A stretch of DNA of 64,000 nucleotides from Antedon mediterranea (lineage: Eukaryota; Animalia; Echinodermata): NCBI RefSeq assembly GCF_964355755.1, contig NC_092679.1, positions 10,337,432 through 10,401,431 of the forward strand. Direction: 5' to 3'. Shown here piece after piece: positions 53,101 to 64,000 of the stretch. The notes beneath the pieces were generated by a model, which saw only the letters and a list, made by a program, of their open reading frames with translations, was not told the DNA's origin and searched no databases. Numbering within the stretch: position 1 is the stretch's first letter; every line of letters begins with the position of its first letter. Both the position numbers and the translations under genes were made by a program.

Positions 53101-55015
53101 GCTATATAGGCCTAATGCATTGTGTTCCATATACCCAAAATGATACCCCAGGAACACAATGCTTTAACATAGCAAAACGGCCTCATGGCTTATTACAGTG
53201 GTTTATTCATCATAGGCTATATAGGCCTAATGCATTGTGTTCCATATACCCAAAATGATACCCCAGGAACACATACTTTAACATAGGAAAACGGCCTCAT
53301 TGCTTACGGTATTACAGTGGTTTATTCATCATATATAATGCATTGTGTTCCATATACCCAAAATGATACCCCAGGAACACGATACTTTAACATAGGAAAA
53401 CGGCCTCATTGCTTATTACAGTGGTTTATTCATCATATATAGGCCTAATGCATTGTGTTCCATTTACCCAAAATGATACCACAGGAACACAATGCTTTAA
53501 CATAGCAAAACGGCCTCATTGCTTATTACAGTGGTTTATTCATTATATATAATGCATTGTGTTCCATATACCCAAAATGATACCCCAGGAACACAATGCT
53601 TTAACATAGCAAAACGGCCTCTCATTGCTTATTACAGTGGTTTATTCATTATATATAATGCATTGTGTTCCATATACCCAAAATGATACCCCAGGAACAC
53701 AATGCTTTAACATAGCAAAACGGCCTCATTGCTTATTACAGTGGTTTATTCATCATATATAATGCATTGTGTTCCATATACCCAAAATGATACCCCATGA
53801 ACACAATGCTTTAACATAGCAAAACGGCCTCATTGCTTATTACAGTGGTTTATTCATCATATATAATGCATTGTGTTCCATATACCCATAATGATACCCC
53901 AGGAACACAATGCTTTAACATAGCAAAACGGCCTCATTGCTTATTACAGTGGTTTATTCATCATATATAATGCATTGTGTTCCATATACCCAAAATGATA
54001 CCCCAGGAACACAATACTTTACCATAGGAAACGGCCTCATTGCTTATAGTGGTTTATTCATCATATATAATGCATTGTGTTCCATATACCCAAAATGATA
54101 CCCCATGAACACAATGCTTTAACATAGCAAAACGGCCTCATTGCTTATTACAGTGGTTTATTCATCATATAGGCCTAATGCATTGTGTTCCATTTCCATT
54201 TACCCAAAATGATACCCCAGGAACACAATGCTTTAACATAGCAAAACGGCCTCATTGCTTATTACAGTGGTTTATTCATCATATATAATGCATTGTGTTC
54301 CATATACCCAAAATGATAACCCATGAACACAATGCTTTAACATAGCAAAACGGCCTCATTGCTCATTACAGTGGTTTATTCATCATATATAATGCATTGT
54401 GTTCCATATACCCAAAATGATACCCCAGGAACACAATGCTTTAACATAGCAAAACGGCCTCATTGCATATTACAGTGGTTTATTCATCATATATAATGCA
54501 TTGTGTTCCATATACCCAAAAAGATACCCCAGGAACACAATACTTTAACATAGCAAAACGGCCTCATTGCTTATTACAGTGGTTTATTCATCATATATAA
54601 TGCATTGTGTTCCATATACCCAAAATGATACCCCAGGAACACAATGCTTTAACATAGCAAAACGGCCTCATTGCTTATAGTGGTTTATTCATCATATATA
54701 ATGCATTGTGTTCCATATACCCAAAATGATACCCCAGGAACACAATGCTTTAACATAGCAAAACGGCCTCATTGCTCATTACAGTGGTTTATTCATCATA
54801 TATAATGCATTGTGTTCCATATACCCAAAATGATACCCCAGGAACACAATGCTTTAACATAGCAAAACGGCCTCATTGCATATTACAGTGGTTTATTCAT
54901 CATATATAATGCATTGTGTTCCATATACCCAAAATGATACCCCAGGAACACAATATACTGTAACATAGGAAAACGCCTTATTGCTAATTTTAGTAGTTCA
55001 TAATGCATTGTGTTC
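50120..55015 (+). repeat. ~104-bp satellite array (97-115-bp variants), ~47 units
   Basis: Unit aatgcattgtgttccatatacccaaaatgataccccaggaacacaatgctttaacatagcaaaacggcctcattgcttattacagtggtttattcatcatatat; period 104 (51001 to 51105). Confidence 0.97.
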
Positions 55016-55789
55016 TAGGCTATGTGGATGATTTTTCATTAAGTCGAACTGCAAACTTGGACTACTTCTTTTATGAATCGAATTTGTAATAAATAAATAA
55101 TAATAAAACTAATAGCTCGAACTAGAACTTTTTCAAGTCGAACTTCGAACTATGACTAAAGTTTGGTTTAAGAATACGGGCGTAAGTGTTTAAAATCGTG
55201 TCCCGATACATTGGTGGGTTACAAAAATAAATATATGGACTTATATTATAATCAACATTATTGTAAAAATAAATAATTACATAAACCAAAGATAATATAT
55301 GTTTCAGACAACCCTCTAAACATCATGTCCCGATCCTACATTGCCTTTATTCATTCATAAGTGTCAACATTAAACTCAATTTAAAATATATATAAAAATA
55401 CTTAATTAAAAATTGCGTATGATACATTACTGTGAAAATATGTAAACAAGTATGATTTAGAAGAGATTGCAAAACCTATTAGACAAGACTAAACTTGATA
55501 GACTTTTCAAGCTACAGAAACACTTCGATCGAGTACTTTTAATCCATCGCTTCCTTTATTTTCATCTGCATTTACCTTTTTATTTATTTATCGTAAGCCC
55601 GTTTAATGTACTTGTATCACTCAGATAAACTACCTTTGACTTTTAATTCATACTTTCGGATAATGAGTGATATGTCCTTATTCCAATTTTCTATATAATT
55701 TACTGTTAATGTGTACCTTATTATAATTGAAATTATCGAAAGATAAAAAACATGATGTTTTTGGTGAATTTTTATTGTGTGAACATGTT

Positions 55790-56960
55790 TTTATTTGCTA
55801 CCAGTAACATTCACAAAAATATGCACTTTTTACCATAAAATAGCTTTATTTTAGTGTTTGAAAAAAATTCTTCTGATATGATTCAATTCAGTTTATAATC
55901 ATTACAGACTGACTTTTAAGATGTTTGCAATAAGGTTGTAATTGTTTGTGATAAGTTTTTAATTTCTACTAGTAAAATTCACAAAAATTTGTACTTTTTA
56001 CCTCAAAATAGCTTTATTTTAATGTTTTTAGTGACATTTTAATAAAATTAACTTCTGATATGATCCAATTCAGTTTATAATCATTACAGACTGACTTTGA
56101 CGATGTTTGCAATAAGGTTGTAATTGTTTGTGATAAGTTTTTTAGTTGCTAACAGTAAAATTCACAAAAATATGCACTTTTTACCTCAAAATAGCTTTAT
56201 TTTAGTGTTTTGTTTTTTTTCTCTCTTTTGTGGTTAACCACCACCTTTATTCATTCTTTCATACAAATTTCGTTCACATTTCATTTTCATACATTAAATT
56301 TCTGTTTTCTACTTTTTTCGTTATTTTCTGATTTTTACTCTTTTAACCTTTATACATATAGTGGTTTGATTATATGCATACAAAAACTGTACATTTTAAA
56401 ATACAAAAATGGATGCCACTTATAAGTTACAACATGCCTAGTGTATTCATATCTTTTAAAATATATTTAAACTGAATCCAGGGATTCTGGCATACAGGTT
56501 TTTTAAGTTCAGTTTTAATTTTAATTATGTATATGACGTACACAGCTATTGAATACAATTGGTTTTTTAATTGACATTTACTTCCTAACAGGAGTTCTTT
56601 GAACGAGCTACTGCTGTTATCTAGCTTTTTAAATATATTGTCAATTTTTCCCACATTATTTGATTACGTCTACAATAATAAAACATATGTTTTTCGTCTT
56701 CAATGACTCCACAATTGTTACATATGTTATTATTTTTCAGTTTCCAGTTATACAGTTTTAGATTTGTAGGTACAACTCTATTTAGTAATTTGTAATTCAA
56801 TTGGGCAAATTTCTTAATTTTTTTGTTTTTCACTTTTAGTGTTTTTTGTAAAATAAAAAAAAAAAGAAACTTCTGATATGGTCCAATTCAGTTTATAATC
56901 ATTACAAACTGGATTGGAAGATGTTTGAAATAAGGTTGTAATTGTTTGTGATAAGTTTTT
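55790..56960 (+). repeat. ~170-183-bp tandem repeat (~3 copies) interrupted by an L1/Tx1 fragment
   Basis: cttctgatatgatccaattcagtttataatcattacagactg recurs near 55870, 56053 and 56870. Confidence 0.8.
56212..56833 (-). mobile_element. 5'-truncated L1/Tx1-clade LINE 3' end (zinc-finger region, frameshifted)
   Basis: AQLNYKLLNRVVPTNLKL..CNNCGVIEDEKHMFYYC; A-rich tail; 12-bp TSD TTTTAGTGTTTT. Confidence 0.85.
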
Positions 56961-57130
56961 CCAGTTACATTCTAGTGGGAACCAAGCTTAAATATGGATA
57001 GAGATTATCTTGTACGTCTCTACTTTAATTTAGGGTTTAGCCAAATGAAAGAGGTAAAATTAAATATCACGTACGTACGTAATAATAATAATACGTACGT
57101 ACGTGTTATTTAATACGTACGTACGTGTTG

Positions 57131-57309
57131 AGCTTGGTTCCCACTAGAACGTAACGCAAGGACGTAAATGCAACGCAAGCGTTTTAACCAATGACAAGCA
57201 AAGTTATAGACAGTTAGCAATCACAAGCGAATAAGCCATCGCTTGTGATTGGTTAAAACGCTTGCGTTGCGTTTACGTCCTTGCGTTACGTTCTAGTGGG
57301 AACCAAGCT
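57131..57309. mobile_element. Palindromic Harbinger-like MITE inside a TACGTACG-rich repeat (57060-57690)
   Basis: agcttggttcccactagaacgtaacgcaaggacgtaaa / tttacgtccttgcgttacgttctagtgggaaccaagct followed by TAA; partial ends at ~56970-56989 and 57311-57372. Confidence 0.7.
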
Positions 57310-57729
57310 TAATTGGTCAATTCACTTGCGTTGCGTACGTCCTTGTGTTGCGTCGCTAGTGGGAACCACGCTTTAATATCACGTACGTACGTAATAATAA
57401 TGCGTACGTACGTATTATTATTACGTAAGTACGTACTATTAACACGTATGTACGTATTAAATAAATATTACGTACGTACGTAATAATAATACGTAAGTAC
57501 GTGTTATTTAATACGCACGTACGTGTTAATATCACTTACATACGTGTTAGTATTACGTACGTACGTGTTGATTATTACGTACGTACGTACGTAATATTAA
57601 CACGTACGTACGTATTAAATAACATGTACGTACGTGATATTAATTTTTTTAAATTATTATTATTATGTCCCCTCTAGGGCTTCGTAATTATTGTATATTA
57701 TTATTGATGTAATATTCTTTATCAACGTT

Positions 57730-59165
57730 TCAAAGGTTTCACAATCTGGTACCAGTGACCACTCCATAATATACGCTATATTGGGAAAATAAATAAATCA
57801 TGACACGGTAAATAAATAGAAACACAAGTACAAATTTGTTCGAAATTTTTAAAAGATTTATTGAAAATGATTATATCATATATTTATAAAAATAGCGGCT
57901 TAAACGATTTCCCCAATTATTACGCATATTATACATTCGTTTACTACATGCTGTTTTCCTACAAATTAGAAATACATATTTAAATATTAATAACCTAATA
58001 TATGTAAATCAATCTGGTTTTCGTCTATCATACTCTACATCTACAGCACTTGCCAACATTACAGAAAATTAGTACAGTGAAATCGATGAGGGTAGGATGG
58101 TCGATTTATGCATGCTTGATTTAAAAAAAGTACGGTAAACCATCACATATTATTGAGTAAATTAAGATTATATGGATTTAGTATACAATACAGTGGTTTA
58201 AAAGCTACCTTTCTGAAAGCTCCCAATTCACAAATGTCAATGATATGTTATCTCAACGTACGGTCATCAAATGCGGGGTGCCCTAGGGTTCAATCGCTGG
58301 CCCTTTGGCTTTCCAAATGATATCCCACATGTTGTTAACAAGTGTAAACTTAGTATGCATGCAGACGGCACTATTGTATATTATGCATCAGAAAATGAAA
58401 ATGAAATTTATCACATCAAATTTGAACACATTTATGATTGGCTGAAGAATAACAAACTAAGTCTTAACATCTTAAAATCAGAATTTATGCTAATAGGATC
58501 AAGTCAGAAACTCCCCAAAATTGAAAACAAAGAACGTTCTGTCCACATAAATAATGTTTAAGTTCCTAGAGTATGCTACAGTAAACATCATGGTGTAAAC
58601 ATTGATGAAACGCTAAGCTGGAAATACCATATTGAATATACTTAAATATATATTAAAAGGTTAGGTATGCTTAAACGATGTAGACACATTTGTCAAAATA
58701 ATATATTAAGAAATATTGCAAATTCTATTATTATTCCACATTTAACTTATTGTAGTGTAATCTGGGGTAATTGTGGATCAAGATTTCTAAAAAGAGTATA
58801 AACTGTACAAAATCAGCCCGAATCATATTTGGCCTATCTTTGAACACACCAAGTAAAGATGCACTTCAGCAGGTAGTATTTCTTATATTGTGGTTACAAC
58901 CTGGAATAAACATAATATTAATATCAACAAGATGCCACAATCTCTGAACGTATTTAAAAAAGAAATTGCAAACATCTTTAAACAGGAAGCCTAATGCTGT
59001 ATTATTTTATAAATTCTTTCTTTTAATGTTTTTCTATAAATGTGTATACACTGTATTATTTGTATATATTGCATTACCTATCACGAACTTGTGGAAGAAC
59101 ACTTATTTATAGTGAACAAGTTTTGTATTTTGTACCTTTGTATTTTCGTGATTAAATAAAGATTT
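57730..59165 (+). pseudogene. Degraded L2/CR1-type LINE reverse transcriptase
   Basis: QSGFR..STALANITE..MLDLKK..VNHHILLSKLRLYG..WFKSYLS..CGVP*GS..MHADGT..WLKNNKLSLN, with stops and frameshifts; AATAAA-rich tail ~59155. Confidence 0.85.
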
Positions 59166-59235
59166 TTATTAATTGTATCATTTGCCTTGTAACCATTATT
59201 GAATAAATGTTAAAGAAAAAAGAAAGAAGAATTTA

Positions 59236-60286
59236 CTACACCTCTGACATTCTGTTGTGAAGTAATCCACGAATGTATCGCCTCATTTCAAGGCTACTAC
59301 GGCTTATGTTAATTTTCTTTATGATCATGCCTTCCTGAAATCATGAGAATAAGAAAGAAAAGGTTTTTAATTTCACTAAAAAACAATAACAACTGCCAAA
59401 ATACAACAAATTCAACATTTAACTAAAAGTATGTAGTAGGCAAAACGGAGAGCTAATTTTTATTTAAATGTTTAGTATTGGATAGCAGTAACATGCAGTA
59501 TGTGACTGTCCAAAATAATCTGATTATCTCCCTTCCAGAGAACTATTCTTTCACACAAATGTAAACTGTTAAAGGAATTTAATGTTGGCCTACAAATGTA
59601 TCAAGTATGTACTTTACAACAAAGTTTGTATATAGGAATTTTAAAAATTACTTTTAACATTGATTTAATCCTGTTACTTAATATATTAACTAATCAAAAC
59701 ATGGACATTTCTTAATGTCAATGACATGTTGCGAATTACACATACCATTTTCACAAGTTCTTCAATATTTTGCAGCATAAAAAGGCCGCAGTCAGGACCA
59801 GGTCCTTGCTGTTCTACCTAGAATATTGATCAAAGTTAAATGAAATTTATTTAGAATTTTTATGTAAATTTTATTTTAAATGTAAATTCATAATTTAGAA
59901 TAAACAGTTATTGTTTTTTAAATATTAAAGAATAAACATTGGAAGCCTTGCCAAAAAACTTATTATAACATAAAAAGTTACTTCGTAACAATTTAATAGG
60001 AAAAAACTGTGAATTTCAGGTTATTATTTTTTTTTAAGTTGGTAGGACTTATTAAGGAAGTTGTTGTTTTGAATAAAATCTGTATAGATAGGTTTGTATA
60101 ACAAATTACTAAAAATCCAACTTTGAAATATTAAGAATCTTTACCTCACACTTCTGTTCTTTGAGTGGGTTGGTCAATTTAAGGTTTTGGTCCTTACTCA
60201 CTGCCCATAGGGTGCACAAAAACTCCCAAAAACACTCAACATCAACTGTTGAATGATGTAGTGAGTTTACTACGAAGTAATAAGTT
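59236..60286 (-). CDS. Last three exons of a Ulp1/SENP-like (peptidase C48) cysteine protease gene
   Basis: Exons 60286-60145, 59817-59746 and 59334-59236 with GT-AG sites and matching phases: TYYFVVNSL..KCE|VEQQGPGPDCGLFMLQNIEELVKM|EGM..EMRRYIRGLLHNRMSEV*. Confidence 0.8.
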
Positions 60287-60789
60287 CTGAAAGAAAAAGG
60301 TAAAAGTCGTAACATTTTAGACAGTTTTATAATTTATAATTTTTAACTTATTAAAATTACAAATATATGTGTTTTGTTATAACAATTAATTGTTGACAAA
60401 TTCATCAATCATAATCGACTTCAGGATGTGTAGGTGTGTTGTTTGCTTAAGTTTAGATTGAATTACTAAATAATATAGTAGATATAGGGTTCTTACAACA
60501 CATGACTCATTAAAGCCTAACATAAATAAGCAAAATAATAACTTTGATGACAGTTATTCAAAATTCTAATAATTTAAACTGAATTGTATATAAATAACTG
60601 TATAAATCTTAGTCAAAACCTTCCAGTTTCATCTGTTTCTCTTTCCGAGTCTCCCTCACTATTTCAATTTTGCACATGTTTATATATTTAGGTTTTTTTT
60701 TGTTTCTATTTTCATATTTTCTTACACCAGTGTTATATATGTTGAAGTCTAGTTTAATAAACAAATAACACAATTAAAAAAAGTCACCT

Positions 60790-63700
60790 TATTTTATTTT
60801 ATTTTCAATCTTTCTACATAGCAAAAAAACAAACATATAAGTATAACAGGAGAGTAGCGGAAAAGCAAAAGTATAAAACTGTCATCTTGTGATGTGCTTG
60901 ACCAGCCCCTGTCAACTTGAACGATACAATAAAACCGACATTTAACAAATTTAGAAAAATACATAGAAAAATAAGGTATAATAAAATGTTAACAAAAGTG
61001 TTATAAAAATGCAATTGCTATCTGAACAATCTGATTGTGTAAAAGTTAAAAATTCTGATTGTATAAAAGTTAAAAATTCTGATTGAATAAAAGTTAAAAA
61101 TTATGAATGTATAAAAGTTAAAAATTCTGATTGTATAAAAGTTAAATTCTGATTGTATAAAAGTTAAAAATTCTGATTGTATAAAAGTTAAAAATTCTGA
61201 TTGTATAAAAGTTAAAAAGTTAAAAAATTCAAAGTAGGTACAATCATGTTAATAAAAATATGAAAAGTTAAAAATCTATAAAATGTTGCTTTAAACTGTG
61301 TTTAAACTTAAAAAACGACTCTTCAATAAGATTGTTTCTGATCGTAGCACCAAGTTCTGAAAACATTTTAGGAAACCGTACTATGCCTGAGTATTTAAAA
61401 GCATCAGTACGAGCTCTACCATGATGAAAGGTGAGTATATCTAGGTGTCGATTATTAACTAAAAAAGAATCAACATATTCACTCATAAAATCAGATCGTG
61501 GAGAAATTATTATATTGGCAATGAATGTCATGTTTAAGAAATCACGCCTATTCTCTACTGACATTAGACCTAGCTCCTTTCTTCTATCTATATAATGTTG
61601 ATCTAAATAACCTTTCTTCAAGATCATGCAGGTAGCTCTCCTCTGAACGGATTCTAGCATATTTATATGTTTTTTACGGTACACCCACCACACCGGAGAA
61701 CAATAATATAAGCATGGCAGCACAAGTGTCTTATAAAGATGGAGAGCTACACTACTAGGGGCATTAGATGTGATTAACCGTATAAGACCAATAAGACGGT
61801 TACAATTTGATACTGCATCCTGAACTTGATTGTCCCATGACAAGTTACTTTGTATTGAGCAGCCTAAAATGTTTAATGAATCATTACAATCTAAAAGTGT
61901 ATCAGAAATGCTGTATATAGGTTTGGGATATCCTCTTCTCCAAGTAAGTCGCATAGATTTGCATTTATTGGGATTCAGTTTGAGGCAATTTTTTTTTGCC
62001 CAAGAATCAATAGACGTTAGATCTTTTTGAATATTTGGGTCTGAATCCCTAGTGCAAACATTGCGAAAAATGAACACATCATCAGCGTATTGTATAATAC
62101 TAGATGTAATGTATAGATGAAGGTCATTAGCATACATGACAAAAAGCAACGGACCCAAAACAGACCCTTGCGGCACGCCTGATTTAACAGGCAACCAGTC
62201 TGAAGATTTGCCTTTATATACAACACGCTGTACACGATTTGATAAAAAAGAAGTTATCCAGCTTAACGCAGTGTCATTGATATTGAATGTCAACAATAGC
62301 TTGCGGAGAAGAATATCGTGGGATATGGTATCAAACGCACGGCTGAAATCCAAAGTAATAAGGTCAACGGCTGGCGTTTTCGAATCAAGTGCACGTAACC
62401 AGTCAGTGGTTGCCGACACCAAGGCTGTGGTACAGGATCGACCAGGAAGAAAGCCGTGTTGATGACTCGCCAACAGGCTGTTACTTTGGCAGTGGTTAAG
62501 AATTTGTTGGAAAACAAGTTTTTCCAACATCTTGCACATCACCGACGTAAGAGACACTGGACGATAATTAAGTAAGTTACTTTTGTCACCCTTTTTGAAT
62601 ATAGGAACAACATTTGCACGCTTCCACAAAGTAGGAATTTTACCACATAACAGCGATTGATTAAAAAAGTGTGTGATAGCCGGAATAATTACCGGACAAG
62701 CGAGTTTAAGCATCCGAACAGTCACACCATCAGGACCAGAAGCTTTATTAGCTGCGAAGTTTTTGATAACAGATTCCACCTGACAACGTGAAAGATGAAA
62801 ACCGGCAAGAGATGGAATGTCCAAAGTTGGTGAAGTGAGGCTCACATAATTAGGGGAGTCACTAAAAAAACTCACAAACAACTTGTTAAACTCGTTGGCG
62901 ATTTGAGTAGGTTGTCTTATGGTATTGCCGTTAACCACAAAGGAGTCAATGAGTTGAGATGACTTTCGCTTGCTTTTTATAAAAGACCAAAATGACTTCC
63001 GGTTATCTTTCTTTCTAAACAGATTGGTAATGAAGTCACTGTATGCTTTCTTAGACGCGTTGCGTACTTTATTTCGTATACATTTGTATTTATTCCAAGC
63101 CAAAGTACTGCTTACTCTACGAGCTTTTTTAAACAGAGCCCGTTTCTCAAGAATAAGTCTATAAACCACAGGCGATATCCAGGGTTTGGCTTTTTTACGG
63201 GATCGACGAACTGGAATACTATCATTGACACAAGCTAGAAGGAAATCCGAAAACTGATCCCATGCCACATTGATGTCAGTGAAATCAATTAACTCCCATG
63301 GAGTCAACAAAATTAGGCTCTGATAATGTTCAACGTCTGCTTTATGATACTGATAACTTTCACGGACCACGTTGGGAAGTTTTCCAGGAGATCCGCGAAT
63401 TCTAAACGTTACCATGTGATGGTCAGAATTGGCAAGACCTGCATCAATTTTTACTTCACACAATCGATCAGGACGGGAAGTAAATATAAGATCAATTATT
63501 GTATTAGAACTAAAATCATTTGATGATCTAGTTACGTCAAGAACTAGTTGATCAATACACATAGCATCTGCTAAAGACTTTAGGTTAGTTTTTAAGGGAG
63601 TATTGACATTATGCGAATAATCAATGTTAAAATCTCCCTGCAAGATGACGCCTGCATAGGAATCCAAATCCAGATTAACCAGAATATCCTCTAATTTGTC

Positions 63701-63955
63701 GATACTCCCAATCTCAGTAGGAGGTCTGTAATATGCTCCACAAATCCATTTTTCTGATCCTACAATCATTTGAACAAATATAATTTCAGTTGTTACATTT
63801 TGCGGAAGCTCAATAATAGAAGGAGAAAGATTATTTGCAACCGCTAACATCACACCACCTCCATGGCGATTTCTGTCCTTTCTAAATATCGTGTAACAAT
63901 CAGTATCCAAGATTAATGAAGATGGTAAAGTAGAGTCTAGCCATGTTTCAGTAAC
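60790..63955 (-). mobile_element. 5'-truncated CR1/L2-group LINE with 3' UTR and AAAT(A)-type tail
   Basis: ORF2 followed by a UTR containing a ~23-bp tandem repeat (61030-61230) and a tail at ~60790-60806. Confidence 0.85.
61268..63955 (-). CDS. LINE ORF2: APE endonuclease + reverse transcriptase, uninterrupted but lacking the N-terminus
   Basis: VTETWL, RKDRNRHGGGV, YYRPP, GDFN, SDH; GPDG, YRPVSL, QHGF, LDFSRAFD, GVPQGSVLGP, YADD. Confidence 0.95.
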   Translation of the reverse strand, partial: VTETWLDSTLPSSLILDTDCYTIFRKDRNRHGGGVMLAVANNLSPSIIELPQNVTTEIIFVQMIVGSEKWICGAYYRPPTEIGSIDKLEDILVNLDLDSYAGVILQGDFNIDYSHNVNTPLKTNLKSLADAMCIDQLVLDVTRSSNDFSSNTIIDLIFTSRPDRLCEVKIDAGLANSDHHMVTFRIRGSPGKLPNVVRESYQYHKADVEHYQSLILLTPWELIDFTDINVAWDQFSDFLLACVNDSIPVRRSRKKAKPWISPVVYRLILEKRALFKKARRVSSTLAWNKYKCIRNKVRNASKKAYSDFITNLFRKKDNRKSFWSFIKSKRKSSQLIDSFVVNGNTIRQPTQIANEFNKLFVSFFSDSPNYVSLTSPTLDIPSLAGFHLSRCQVESVIKNFAANKASGPDGVTVRMLKLACPVIIPAITHFFNQSLLCGKIPTLWKRANVVPIFKKGDKSNLLNYRPVSLTSVMCKMLEKLVFQQILNHCQSNSLLASHQHGFLPGRSCTTALVSATTDWLRALDSKTPAVDLITLDFSRAFDTISHDILLRKLLLTFNINDTALSWITSFLSNRVQRVVYKGKSSDWLPVKSGVPQGSVLGPLLFVMYANDLHLYITSSIIQYADDVFIFRNVCTRDSDPNIQKDLTSIDSWAKKNCLKLNPNKCKSMRLTWRRGYPKPIYSISDTLLDCNDSLNILGCSIQSNLSWDNQVQDAVSNCNRLIGLIRLITSNAPSSVALHLYKTLVLPCLYYCSPVWWVYRKKHINMLESVQRRATCMILKKGYLDQHYIDRRKELGLMSVENRRDFLNMTFIANIIISPRSDFMSEYVDSFLVNNRHLDILTFHHGRARTDAFKYSGIVRFPKMFSELGATIRNNLIEESFFKFKHSLKQHFIDF

Positions 63956-63956
63956 A

Positions 63957-63998
63957 TGTTTTCTCAACACAAAAATATAATGCGCTCCAATGCCATGC
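63957..63998 (-). CDS. Fragment of the upstream Ulp1 exon carrying the catalytic-His motif
   Basis: Alternative frame reads AWHWSALYFCVEKT directly up to the LINE 5' junction. Confidence 0.55.
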
Positions 63999-64000
63999 AT

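Noticed and set aside
50033-53258. Short ORFs in satellites and MITE arms (also 36850-38230, 22875, 27683, 40649, 42259)
   Set aside because: Translations of repeats or TIRs with no protein motifs
32680-55015. Palindrome-containing arrays as CRISPR arrays
   Set aside because: Units are homogeneous with no unique spacers, there are no cas genes, and the context is eukaryotic
55020-55185. Right terminus of a KDZ element after the satellite
   Set aside because: Looks like an unrelated Harbinger-type end (..AAGAATACGGGC); no matching left end or TSD found

Overview
AT-rich eukaryotic DNA with spliceosomal introns, inferred to be a marine invertebrate (possibly a deuterostome). It is not prokaryotic and has no CRISPR array, and it is almost entirely nested transposable elements and satellites. 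Main content: (1) a spliced KDZ (Kyakuja-Dileera-Zisupton)-type transposase gene on + (8 phase-compatible exons, 45798-49377, 629 aa, with decayed 5' exons back to 39477) whose frame is only kept through a non-canonical AT-AC intron; (2) a convergent spliced Ulp1/SENP (C48) protease gene on -, interrupted at its catalytic-His exon by a 5'-truncated CR1/L2-type LINE; (3) an ~8.9 kb foldback element (29759-38687, 7-bp TSD) with two inverted 106-bp satellite arrays; (4) a second ~104-bp satellite (50120-55015) that shares a co-varying inverted-repeat module with the first; (5) many MULE-, hAT-, Academ-, Harbinger- and Helitron-type non-autonomous elements, a gag-only Gypsy-like element, Penelope-type minimal hammerhead ribozymes, and recurrent TA(GGCC)TA / TA(CGG)TA footprint-like insertions. 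All family assignments come from motif recognition by eye, not database searches.
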